A stretch of DNA of 64,000 nt from Octopus vulgaris (lineage: Eukaryota), in assembly GCA_951406725.2 (NCBI GenBank), contig OX597822.1, forward strand, positions 17,174,001 through 17,238,000. Direction: 5' to 3'. The notes under the pieces were generated by a model, which was given only the letters and a program-made list of their open reading frames with translations, did not search any database and had not been told where the DNA came from. Shown one piece after another: positions 38,086-48,690 of the stretch. A program made the translations under genes and the position numbers. How positions within the stretch are numbered: position 1 is the stretch's first letter; every line of letters starts with the position of its first letter.

Positions 38086-39465
38086 GCGAAATCGAAATCG
38101 AATTGAACCAGCCAGGATCCCTGGTCTGGTGGTACGTAAAAAGAACTATCCGACTCGTGGCCGATGCCAGCGCCGCCTCGACTGGCTTCTGTGCCGGTGG
38201 CACATAAAATACACCAATCCGACCGTGGCCGTTGCCAGCCTCGCCTGACACCTGTGCAGGTGGCACGTGAAAAGCACCCACTACACTCACGGAGTGGTTG
38301 GCGTTAGGAAGGGCATCCAGCTGTAGAAACATTGCCAGATAAGACTGGAGCCTGGTGCAGCCTTCTGGCTTCCCAGATCCTCTGTCGAACCGTCCAACCC
38401 ATGCTAGCATGGAGAACGGACGTTAAACGATGATGATGCACAACATAAACTAATTCCGATGTGTTACATGTCTATGCATTTAATATCTTTACACAAAGAG
38501 ATGTAAAGCTGTAAAACATCTTTAAACAAAAACAAAATGTAAAAAAGTCTTCCATGAGAAGAATACTTTCTTTCCTTTTTGGTGTGTGTAGGGGAAATAA
38601 GAATGAGTTCCTCCTTTAAAGACTTTGATATAAGAGAATACTTGCTCAAATAAGACAGACATGATGCTTGCAGAAAATTAACCCAGAATGGCAAATTAAC
38701 AATGAGTGTAAAATTTTGAAAAAGTTTCTCTATTTGTTCCATTGAACAACAACTACACAAAGATAGTAATTAACAAATTGTTCAGATAGCATCACAGTTT
38801 CTCAACCATACAATAAAGAAACATTAACATTTGCTTCTGAAACAATAAAATGATCACAAAAAGGAAGATTGCCAATGACAAACAACAAATTAACTTTTTC
38901 TTTTTTAAGTATTGATAAAAATTAATCTAACTGAAAAAATAGTAATTATTTAATACAGAGAGTAATTTTTTTACATTTTGAATAAATTATATATAAAAGA
39001 AATTTGCAGTTTTAGAGATTTGTTGATAAATGACAATTACTATGTTCTAGCAAGTGTTGTTATCTATAAGATATAAATTCATCCCAACTATACTAGAAAG
39101 AAATTAAACTCACACAAGCACAGTACACACACACATGCATGCATACACACGTACTGTATGAAATTATAAAGTTATAGTAAAAATAATTGAAAAAAAAATT
39201 AAATGTCCTCATAGAATTTATCAATGTTGCTACTTGATAAAAATGTTTATATTTAATCATTGTTTTCTCATGTTAGCATGGCTGACAGGGTTTGTGAAAT
39301 TTGAATATTTCAATAAATGAGTAATTTGTGGCTGGAGGCATTTTCTATTGCTAACCTCTCAAGCACCAAAATAGGAACGGTAACTTAATGAGAAAGTAGC
39401 AAAAATGTTTAACTGACTCCTCATAACACTTAACGGATGGCACCAAATTATCACCCATTCCTTAC

Positions 39466-39561
39466 TTCCCTACAGTCATAAATATCATACGACATATTTA
39501 GTCTTGTTACTGGAAAGTATACAAGACCAAATATGTCTCCAGAGTTTTCTCTCAGTACTTG
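39466..39561 (-). other. Candidate 96-nt exon of unknown identity (QVLRENSGDIFGLVYFPVTRLNMSYDIYDCRE)
   Basis: Acceptor tttttcatttttccag| and donor |gtaagg. Length is a multiple of 3 and it is open only in phase 0. No homology recognised. Confidence 0.25.
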
Positions 39562-39619
39562 CTGGAAAAATGAAAAATATTGTTCAGTGACTAATATCAT
39601 CCCCTTATATATATATATA

Positions 39620-40258
39620 CGTGCCACTCCCAAAAAGTGGGAGGAAACCAGGGTAGAGGGAGAGCCAGGAAGACATGGGATGAGGTGGTGAAGCATGACC
39701 TTCGAACGCTGGGCCTCACGGAGGCAATGACAAAAGACCTAGGCCTCTGGAGGTATGCTGTGACTGAGAAGACCTGACAAATAAAGTGAGTGTTCAGCTG
39801 GAACCTATGCCAGTGTCGCATAACCAGTCCACTCAAAAGTACCTTGGATCGTAGGGCGACATGCCGTGCTTGAGGAGACCTACTGAGTCAAGTACATGAA
39901 CATCAACACCAAAATCAAATCAAATGGAAGTTGTGAGCCCTGTGCTGGTAACACGTAATAAGCACCGTCCAAACATGGCCGATGCCAGTGCCACATTGAC
40001 TGGCTTCCATGCTGGTAGCATGTAAAAAGCACCACCCGATTGTGGTCGATGCTAGCTCCTCTGACCCCCTGTGCCAGTGGCACATAAAAAGCACCCACTA
40101 CACTCTCAGAGTGGTTGGCATTAGGAAGGGTATTCAGCTGTAGAAACGCTGCCAGATCAGATTGGGGCCTAGTGCAGCCTCCTGACTTCCCAGATCCCAG
40201 TCGAACCGTCCAACCCATGCCAGCATGGAAAACGGACGTTAAACGATGATGATGATGA
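39620..40258 (+). mobile_element. 5'-truncated RTE copy (ORF end plus 3' UTR)
   Basis: ggaagacatgggatgaggtggtgaagcatgaccttcgaac matches 37520-37560 and ends in the family tail and (GAT)n. Confidence 0.88.
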
Positions 40259-43154
40259 TTATTATATATTCTGATAGACTTTTAATGCTCCCTATAATAG
40301 ATATGCTAACATTAATTGAAGTGCTATTTTTTCCTCTTTATTTGCTGATCTAACCCTAACCCTAACAACCTATTTATATCACTTAGTCATTGGTTTATCA
40401 CTACTTCTGCAAACTGATGAAGGCCATGCCTCATAAATGAAGTAAGAATAAGTATGAACTGTGTTTGCAGTTATTTCCCAACCCTTGCCTGAAAAAAAGA
40501 CATGGCTGTGTGGTTAAGAAGTTCAAGTAGTTTCAGATTCAGTCCTACTGCACAGCACATTGGGCATGTGTCGCCTCCAATAGCCTTGAGCTGACCTATC
40601 CATTCTGAGTGAATTAGGTGGATGGAAATAGTGCTGAAGCTCATTGCATATATGTGTACATCTTTGTGTATGCCCTTCACCACTTAAAACCGGTGTTGTT
40701 ATGTTTATGTCCCCTAACTTACCAGTTTGGCAAAAGAGATCTACAAAATAAGTTCCAACCTTTAAGAAAAGTATAGAGGTCAATTTATTTGACTAAACTT
40801 TTCAAGGTTGTGCCCCAGCATGACCCCAGTTCAATGAGTGAAACAAATGAAAGAATATTGTCCCCACCCTACACCATCACTGCACATTTATTTCTAGTAA
40901 GCTTTTTAATGCCGCACGCATTAAATATGTTAACACTAACTTACTTATAAAAAATTAGTTGATGGTATTCACCCACAGGAAATTACTTACAAGAGAAATA
41001 ATGTTAAAGAAACCTGTTGTGAAAGTATTGTTGATTACCGATTCTATAGAAGAGGAAGGTGGGGAGGTAAAAGATAAAGCTTGTAATGTAGAGAGAGAGA
41101 GAGAGAGAGTTCAGGGAAATATCAATAATAAAACTATAAAATAGATATTTGTTAAGGAAGTGAAACCAAGATTATGAAACTTTGAATTATCTGAAGCAGG
41201 AAGATATTGATATTATTGTGTGTGTATGTGTCACTGTTTATAATACTACTGTATTGTACTGTATTATATCGTCTCCAACTACATAAATAAATGTGTTAGT
41301 ATTTGTCAAGAAACACGTTTTTTTTCTTCTTTTTTTCTTCTTCTTTTGAATCTTCCTAACCAGTTTGACTGGTGGCAACAAGTCAGAATAAAGTCAGAAA
41401 AAAGCAAATGAATGCATCAGTTGTTCTGTATCCTGAACTGGCAGACCTTAAAGGCCATTATTTCTGATATAAAGAGACAAAAAATATCATTCCCACTTCA
41501 CTACAAGTAGCAATCAAATTACCAGCATTGAACTCTAAGGACAGATAATGAATGAACAGAAGCAAAGTGGCGGCAGGAAAAGAACTAAAAGATATATGTA
41601 AATTTAAAGCAGAGCATAGAGAAAGTGTTTATTTATTGATACTATATTTCTACTCTTCCTCCAAAAGAGCAGTTTGAAAAGAGAAAGTGTACAATGCTTG
41701 TTAGTATATTCATTTATTGACTTGGCCTCTGGGTTTGCTAATACAAATATCAAATAGGTTTTCTGACGGGTAATGACGTTTTAAGGAGGGGTAGAGGATA
41801 TAGCCAATAAATGAGTGCAATAAAATAGATTGATAGAACTAATAATAAACTAAATGAAGCAGGGATGATGAAATAGTAAAAAAAAAAAAAAAGTTTTAAA
41901 GACTTGCTAGGAGACAGAAGCCGTTTATTTTGGAGCCACTTGTCTGGAATGAAGCTCATTTAATATAAGAAATCTTTAAAATATTTTATATGATTCTTTT
42001 CAAAGATTAAAAAAATAATATATATATACATATATAGAAGACAAAAGGAATTATTTTCTAAAAATGAATGCATATTCAGAAATAAAATTGATTGTTTGAA
42101 AATATTATTATCGACTGTAAAACTAGAATAAATAATACCTATTCATGAGTCATGCTACTAAATTGGACAATTGTCTATAATCATTTCCCTTTCTTTCTTT
42201 TTTATTTATAGGATTACATTAATCGTAATATATGAAAATATATTTATTTTATAGAGTCTCTGTCATGTGAAACCAAGTAGGAGGTAAGGCTTCCTCCAGT
42301 GTGCTGAGCAAGGGACTCCATTTCAATTCCCAGTTCTGTAACTTACACTGCTTTATAACCTGTTGGGACAAACTATCACAAGCACAATATAACAATTCCA
42401 GTTATTTTTCTTCCTCCTCAAAATATCACAAACTGTTACTCCCTTAAAATACCCCAGTTAGAAAATATGAAGCAACTAACTATTCACTGCAGTAGCGCTT
42501 GTTTGCTTAGCATAAATAAGTTTTTATTGTTTGGAGTATAAAGTCTTCAAGAGAAGAAAATGCAATGATTCAAGTTGTTGATCCAATCAAAATTTGAATA
42601 AATGTTTTTTTTTTTAAATAAAAATTAAGAAGTCTTTGAACTGTTATAATAGTTTTGTTATTTAAGTGAAATGTTAAATGTGCACATGTGCACCCACGTT
42701 AATATCTTAAAATTTAAACTTAATCGCTAACAATTCTTTCTAGACAGCTTCATATATGCTTAAATGTTCAGATAACACAAGTGTATTTTGATTGATAGCT
42801 TCACATGGAATTTCAGCATTAAATAGTCATTGATAAAATATGAGATTAGTGAGAAGGCAAAAATACTTTTTGACTTCTGAAGCTTGTATGACACAGCTAA
42901 GTTATTTAACAAAAGTAACAACAGCAACACAGGTTTTCAATGATACAACATTAACACAGGCTAAACCTATACCATACAGGCTAAAATAAAGAGCTGCTTC
43001 CAAAGAACGCACCTATAATCCACAAACACAAGCTTTTGTGACACATAATGGATGGTCTCAACAATAAAATTTTTTTAATAATTTCTACAATGCAAAGGTA
43101 AATGGAAAAGCAGCAATTATTGAAGATTTTGATGGGAATATAGATATACATACA

Positions 43155-44020
43155 TACATCATCATCATATAATGTCTGTTGTCAATGCTGGCATGGGTTG
43201 GACAGTTTGACCAGACAGGCAGGCTGAAAGGTTTCACCAGACTCCAATCTAATTTGGCATAGTTTTCTATAGCTGGATGCTCTTCCTAACACCAAGCACT
43301 CTGAAATTGTAATGAGTGCTTTTACATGCCACCGGCAGGGGTGCCAATTTGCGTGACGCTGGTATCTGTCATGACAGTGATTTGGCTCAGTTTGATGAGT
43401 TTTCTCAAGCATGATGTAAGGCTGACGGTCTCGGTCACTGCCTCCGTGAGGCCCAACACTTGAAAGGAACTCAGCCACTTTGTCTCTGTGAGGCACTTCT
43501 TTACACAGCTGTCCTCATCCATATGCACCATACCAGCACAGTGTTTCCATTGCACATCATATATAAAGCCTCTTATGTCTAACTTTTCTCTCATGATAGT
43601 CACACACTTTTGGACATGGACACTGACATTGCACATCCAGCAAAGCATACTGGCTTCATTTCTTTCAATCCTACACATGTCCTCAGCTGTCACAACCCAT
43701 GTTTCACTGTCATGCAGCAGAGCTGTTTGCACACAGGCATCAAACAATCTACCTTTGTTGCCAGCAGGGGTAGGAGCTCACTGAACTTTGGCCAGCCTCG
43801 TCTTATTCTTTCAGCTATGCCCTCAGAGCATCCACCTCCAATACTAACTTGGTCATCTAGATATGGAAGCTATCTACTACCTCCACCTTGCACCCCTGGC
43901 AGTTGATGGAGGCTATTTTCTGCCCATTTTCAACATTTATTGCACCTGTTCATCTTCCACATACAAAAGCTGGTTTCCCTATTAACCTTCCTCTGATATT
44001 GCTGCACCTTTTGTGTGTCC
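43155..44020 (-). mobile_element. Degraded 5'-truncated RTE copy
   Basis: Minus-strand peptides KLWTHKRCSNIRGRLIGKPAFVCGR and DACVQTALLHDSETWVVTAEDMCRIERNEASMLCWMCNVSV. Tail at 43155. Confidence 0.87.
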
Positions 44021-44040
44021 AAAGCTTATATATAAATATA

Positions 44041-44180
44041 TTGGCGTTAGGAAGGGCATCCAGCTGTAGAAACTCTGCCAGATCAGACTGGAGCCTGGTT
44101 CGGCCCCCGGCTTCCCAGACCTCGGTCGAACCGTCCAACCCATGCTAGCGCGGAAAACGGATGTTAAACGATGATGATAC
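44041..44180 (+). mobile_element. Young RTE 3'-end fragment, back-to-back with the 43155 copy
   Basis: ttggcgttaggaagggcatccagctgtagaaac...aaccgtccaacccatgctagc...gttaaacgatgatgat. Confidence 0.88.
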
Positions 44181-44185
44181 ATATA

Positions 44186-44285
44186 NNNNNNNNNNNNNNN
44201 NNNNNNNNNNNNNNNNNNNNNNNNNNNNNNNNNNNNNNNNNNNNNNNNNNNNNNNNNNNNNNNNNNNNNNNNNNNNNNNNNNNNN
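44186..44285. other. Assembly gap (100 N)
   Basis: A run of exactly 100 N, likely a placeholder of unknown size, between two convergent RTE tails. Confidence 0.98.
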
Positions 44286-44316
44286 TTTTCCATGCTAGTA
44301 TGGGTTGGACGGTTAT

Positions 44317-44351
<35 letters not shown>

Positions 44352-45097
44352 CATATATACATACACATGCACACTCATACATATATATATACACACACAC
44401 TCACATTTGTTTATAAATGAATGACAAAAAAATGGAAGCTACATGATAATTTTCATTGGCCTACAAACGTTTTGGCTATAAACTACTGAGCTTTCAGAAG
44501 TCACACAGTGACACGTTATAGTTTTATCGGAGCCATAACATGAAATGTTCCTTTACTGAGCAAAATGTAAGAATATATAGACACATCATTCACCATCTTC
44601 ACCCACATTTAATGTCAGTTTTCTATGTTGTTATGGGGTGGGCATATATAAATTGATTAGAGGGCTGGAGAAACTGTGCTGAAGCAGGCACTGGAGCTGG
44701 ACACAGTGCTTTGGTTTGTCAGATATTGCTGAACCATCCAACATGAGCCAGTATGAGTTGGATGGACATTAAATGATGACGATCAAACATACACATATTT
44801 TTTCCTATATACATATACAATGCAGATACTCATGCAAATACATATGCACATTCACACACATATACACACACATGAATACAAATATAATCCATACATACAG
44901 ATGGCTGGGTCCACCATACTTAAAGTCTGCATTTCTGTCAAGGCCAGGATACCTATAGGCAAATATCTATATATGCAGCTATATAGACGTTTATAATGAA
45001 ACAAATGTCTTCTGTTATAGCCCTGAGCTGATCAGACCCATTATAAGTACATTTGGTAGATAGCAACTGAAAGAAGCCTATTGCGTATATATATGTC

Positions 45098-45143
<46 letters not shown>

Positions 45144-45156
<13 letters not shown>

Positions 45157-45290
45157 TTAGAGACAAAATCAATACATAAAAAAATTTTAATATAAAGTAA
45201 ATTTTATATTAAAATTTTTTTATGGATTAATTAAGTCTTTCCTTGTTTGATTTACAAAATAGTGGTTTTGTCTCTAATTGATATTATATA
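45144..45290. repeat. Nested AT-rich foldback within a (TA)n tract (MITE-like)
   Basis: Outer arms tatataatattaattagagacaaaatca / tggttttgtctctaattgatattatata (26/28). Inner perfect 22-bp arms cataaaaaaattttaatataaa / tttatattaaaatttttttatg. Confidence 0.75.
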
Positions 45291-45365
45291 ATATTTTACT
45301 ATAAAATTGGATTCAATCCTAAATCTGATTTTTCCCTGTAAATTTGGATTTATTCCCTAATATTT

Positions 45366-45396
<31 letters not shown>

Positions 45397-45428
45397 CGTG
45401 TGTGTGTGTGTGTGTGTGTCTCCTAGTC

Positions 45429-45581
45429 TGGATTAGGTATAGGAAAGACAAGTAAGTCATAGACTTCAAGTGTTGCCTTCCAAGATTCATGTTATTTTGT
45501 TCAGTGGTGGATAGGAAACATGAATCTTGGAAGGCAACACTTGAAGTCTATGACTTATTTCTCTTTCCTATACCTAATCCA
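45429..45581. repeat. Near-perfect inverted repeat: 65-bp arms (63/65 match) with a 23-nt loop
   Basis: 45429-45493 is the reverse complement of 45517-45581 with two mismatches. Confidence 0.93.
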
Positions 45582-45714
45582 TTTTGCTAAGTTGGACTCC
45601 TCTCACACTCCAAGTCTTGCTCCTATTCTTCTTATGCCCTCTTCAATAAGAAAAATATACTGTACCTAGTAGTAACTGACACTTGTATGTATCAGCTCAC
45701 CTAATCATTTACAC

Positions 45715-45837
45715 CCTCTGATGAAGCCTGGAGGTACACTCAACATCCAAACTCTATCTACCCATCTCTACAGAACACTGAAGAGATGGAGCTAACATGG
45801 AGGATATCATGGCCTCTTGGCAGAAACGGCCGTAAGG
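45715..45837 (+). ncRNA. Candidate minimal type I hammerhead ribozyme with an extended stem II
   Basis: cct-CTGATGA-a-[gcctggagg...cctcttggc]-a-GAAA-c ggcc g-TA-agg. Palindromic stem III (acggccgt). Internal hairpin ccatctct/agagatgg. Predicted cleavage after 45834. Confidence 0.6.
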
Positions 45838-46026
45838 AACTGATCTTTTAATCTTTTACTCTTTTATGTATTACTAGTATATATTTGTGTAGCACACAGT
45901 CTTTGTATGTATATTCTTATAATACTCCCTTTTGTTTTGGAATAAATAGACTTAACAGAATGTCTACCGGCTGATGTAATTTTTGTATCCTCTCCAGTTT
46001 CTTTTTGCCATATATTTATATACATA

Positions 46027-46175
46027 CACACACACACACACACCAACCATCATCATCATCATTTAATGTCTGTTTTCTATGCTAGCATAGATTGGATAGT
46101 TTGACAGCAGCTAGCAAATCAGACTGTCCAACCCATGCCAGCATGGAAAATGGACATCAAATGATGATGATGATA
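46027..46175. repeat. Two RTE 3' termini joined in inverted, tails-outward orientation
   Basis: The left catcatcatttaatgtctgttttctatgctagcatagattggatagtttg is an imperfect reverse complement of the right cagactgtccaacccatgccagcatggaaaatggacatcaaatgatgatg. Confidence 0.82.
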
Positions 46176-47037
46176 TATCTATGTTTCTACATAAGTACAT
46201 AAAGAAAGAGAGTGTGTGAGGGGGACAATGTGCAGGGAGTGGGGGACATGTTTGAACAATGTTAACAAATTTAGAAACTTATCCGCTTTACAAAATACAA
46301 ATCTTGACAGATAAACAGCAGATAATAGCTTAAAATCTCAAAAGTTTTATAAATATGCATCTCCTCACACTTTAAATTTAACAGCAACTTTCTTCACTTC
46401 TTGTCTAATTTTGTACAAAATACTTGATATTGTAAACAGAGATGTTGTGTTATTATTTTGCTTGTTGTTTGGTGCTGCTAGGCAAAACAGTAAATAAATA
46501 TTATTCTGAGACATAAGAATGTTGCCCTGTAGGTTAGTGTCTATCAATAACACAATATTTAAACTACATTTTCCAGCAACAAAGCTATGTGAATGGTTAG
46601 GTTAAATATAGTTTTTCTTAACAATTAAAAACTGAGGAAAAAATAAAAAATGTTGCTGAACTGTAATACGATGATACTGCAATTTTCTTTCTTCAAGTTA
46701 AAAACCTGTTTAAATAAACTGATGCTGACTATTCTAAGGCAATGCTTTACATTTTCAGCTAACTCTTTAAGTTTTTTCTTCAAACTGAATCATAAACCCA
46801 GCTGGCCAGCCTAACAACCATGAATAAGGAAACAAGTGCCATAAAACGGTAAAAGTCCAAAAGTAAAGGTAGAAATAAACAAGATATTTATTTAGTTCAA
46901 AAATAAACAGAAGGAAAGAATGAGGGAGTGAGAGAATGAGGGAGGAAAAGAGAGAGCAAAAAAACTAAAAAAGAAAAACACTGAAGTGGCATAAAAAAAG
47001 TTTGAACTAAAAATTTAAGATATAAGAAGAGGAGAAA

Positions 47038-47042
<5 letters not shown>

Positions 47043-47070
<28 letters not shown>

Positions 47071-47077
47071 AATAATG

Positions 47078-47134
<57 letters not shown>

Positions 47135-47164
47135 GTAATGATGGTGATGATGATGATGATGATG
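47043..47164 (+). repeat. Long compound (TAA)n/(TGA)n microsatellite; many other (CA)n, (TA)n, (GA)n and (ATT)n tracts, e.g. 2285-2317, 6326-6363, 15536-15572, 26531-26582, 29675-29733, 45102-45148
   Basis: Directly visible. Confidence 0.95.
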
Positions 47165-48467
47165 TTCAACTATAGCAATGTTATCTCTATTGTTTTGTTG
47201 ATCACGTTGGTTGGAAGTGATAAAGAATAGAAGTTGCCAAACATGCTATTTATTCACATTGATTGCTTACATATCCAACAGTGTTATACACGATGAATAC
47301 AACTAAGATGAAGTTTAGATCTTTGCCAACATAAAATGAATAATTGTATAAGTTAGTGTTCTTTTCAGGTTGATTTTATTTTATTTTTACTAAAAAGGAG
47401 AATTTTATTTTTAGGACATTCATTGCAAAATTTGATAGCAACAGGAACAAAGAAAAAAAAATGTTTCATTGAAAGTAAAGCAGAATTTCCTAGAGGAAGC
47501 ATGACATTTTCATATTCTTTTAAATTTGTGTAAATAAATAAAAAGAAAAAGTATGGAAAGCTAGGAAAAAGCCTGACACAGAAGAAGTCTCTTAACTTCA
47601 CCAGAATTAATAATTTTAATGTTATGTCGTATTCTTGTGGCTATAACTTATTGAGCTTTACAGCAAAAGAGATATGTGCTATTTTTAAAGATTTGATTGA
47701 TTAAGTTATGGTGTCACATATAGCAAATAATTTCTTTATCTTTTTCTGCTCCTCCATACATTTTTAGTTGGTTAATTCTCACATACTTTAGTCTTCAAAT
47801 AAGGTATATGAAAATTAACTTTCGATCCTTTATCAGTTTGTCACTTTTACGAAAATTAATAAAAATGTCAGCTGAATTGCCAATATCATCATGATGGACC
47901 ACTTGCTTTGTAAGGGCAACATAAGTTTCACAAAAATTGTTTTCTTTGAGAAAAAGTCAAAACGAAGACTGAACATGTTAAAAGCATTCAGATACACATC
48001 CCCAAACTGACATAAAGCTATTCAAAGTCATTGGCTTTGCTTACTTCTTTATTTACTTTCTAATATAGTATTACACATGCTTGATAATTAATGAATGAGC
48101 TGCCATTGTTGATAACTGCTTTAATCATAAATTACAATACAACACAGTATCTTTATCAAAAAGTTATAAATGTAAAATAAGACTGAAAATAAAATATTTA
48201 AAGTAGAAGCTACTTCTGCAGAGTAAATGATGTTTGTTTTGTTGTTGTGGTTATTATTATTATGATTATTAATATTGGGGAAGTAGTTTTCCTCTTCTTG
48301 GTGGTTAAGACAAACAGGGGTTGAAAACTAAAGTAAGCACTCATCAACTTCTTGATTCTTTGTAACCCAATCAATTTTTTTTAAAGTGGTCATTGTAATC
48401 AACCAACATCTTTCATCATTTGAGGCAAAGAAACTACTACTATGCATTATTATTATTATTATTATTA

Positions 48468-48690
48468 AGGTGGCAAGCTGGTAGAATCGTTAGCACACCA
48501 GGCTTGGTAGTATTTTGCCCATCGCTACATTCTGAGTTCAAATTCCGCTGAGATTGACTTTGCTTCTCATCCTTTCAAGATCGATAAATTAAGTACCAGT
48601 GAAGCACTTGGGTCGATGTAATCAACTAGTCCCCCCACCCCATCACACACACAAATTTCAGGCCTTACACTTTTAGTGGAAAGATTATTA
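48468..48690 (+). mobile_element. tRNA-derived SINE with a Nin-like central domain and (ATT)n tail; other copies at ~12325-12540(-), 13020-13220(-), 13360-13470(+), 17515-17720(+), 17740-17945(+), 18275-18480(+), 23975-24175(-), 32330-32490(+), 48715-48860(+), 59725-59910(-)
   Basis: Recurring gctggcagaatcgttag (A box-like), gagttcaaattcc (B box) and gactttgc...catcctttc...gataaattaagtaccag...gggtcgatgtaatc. The Nin assignment is from recall. Confidence 0.8.

Larger units (their letters stand above)
34360..38437 (+). mobile_element. Near full-length RTE-clade non-LTR retrotransposon (single ORF, repetitive 3' UTR, (GAT)n tail)
   Basis: Long APE+RT ORF, a GC-richer 5' leader, a 3' UTR with tandem modules, and the terminal ccatgctagcatgg...ggacgttaaacgatgatgatg shared with many copies in the window. 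The 5' boundary is approximate and no target-site duplication (TSD) was found. Confidence 0.93.

Noticed and set aside
37724-38290. Repeat-spacer appearance suggestive of a CRISPR array
   Set aside because: The intervening sequences are themselves repeated, the context is a eukaryotic LINE UTR, and there are no cas genes.
37560-38410. Several 116-154 aa ORFs with internally repeated peptides
   Set aside because: They arise from the 162-bp (54-codon) tandem repeat in the GC-rich RTE 3' UTR and show no protein features.
40349-40365. (CCCTAA)n telomere-like repeat
   Set aside because: Fewer than three units and interstitial; not a telomere.
40410-40450. CTGATGA followed by a short hairpin; similar partial hammerhead cores at ~44460-44497(-), 21253 and 60177
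   Set aside because: The GAAA half or the stems are missing or mutated; at most decayed relics.
46897-47169. Poly-Ile, poly-Tyr, poly-Asp and HT/CV-repeat ORFs across the window
   Set aside because: Translations of microsatellites.
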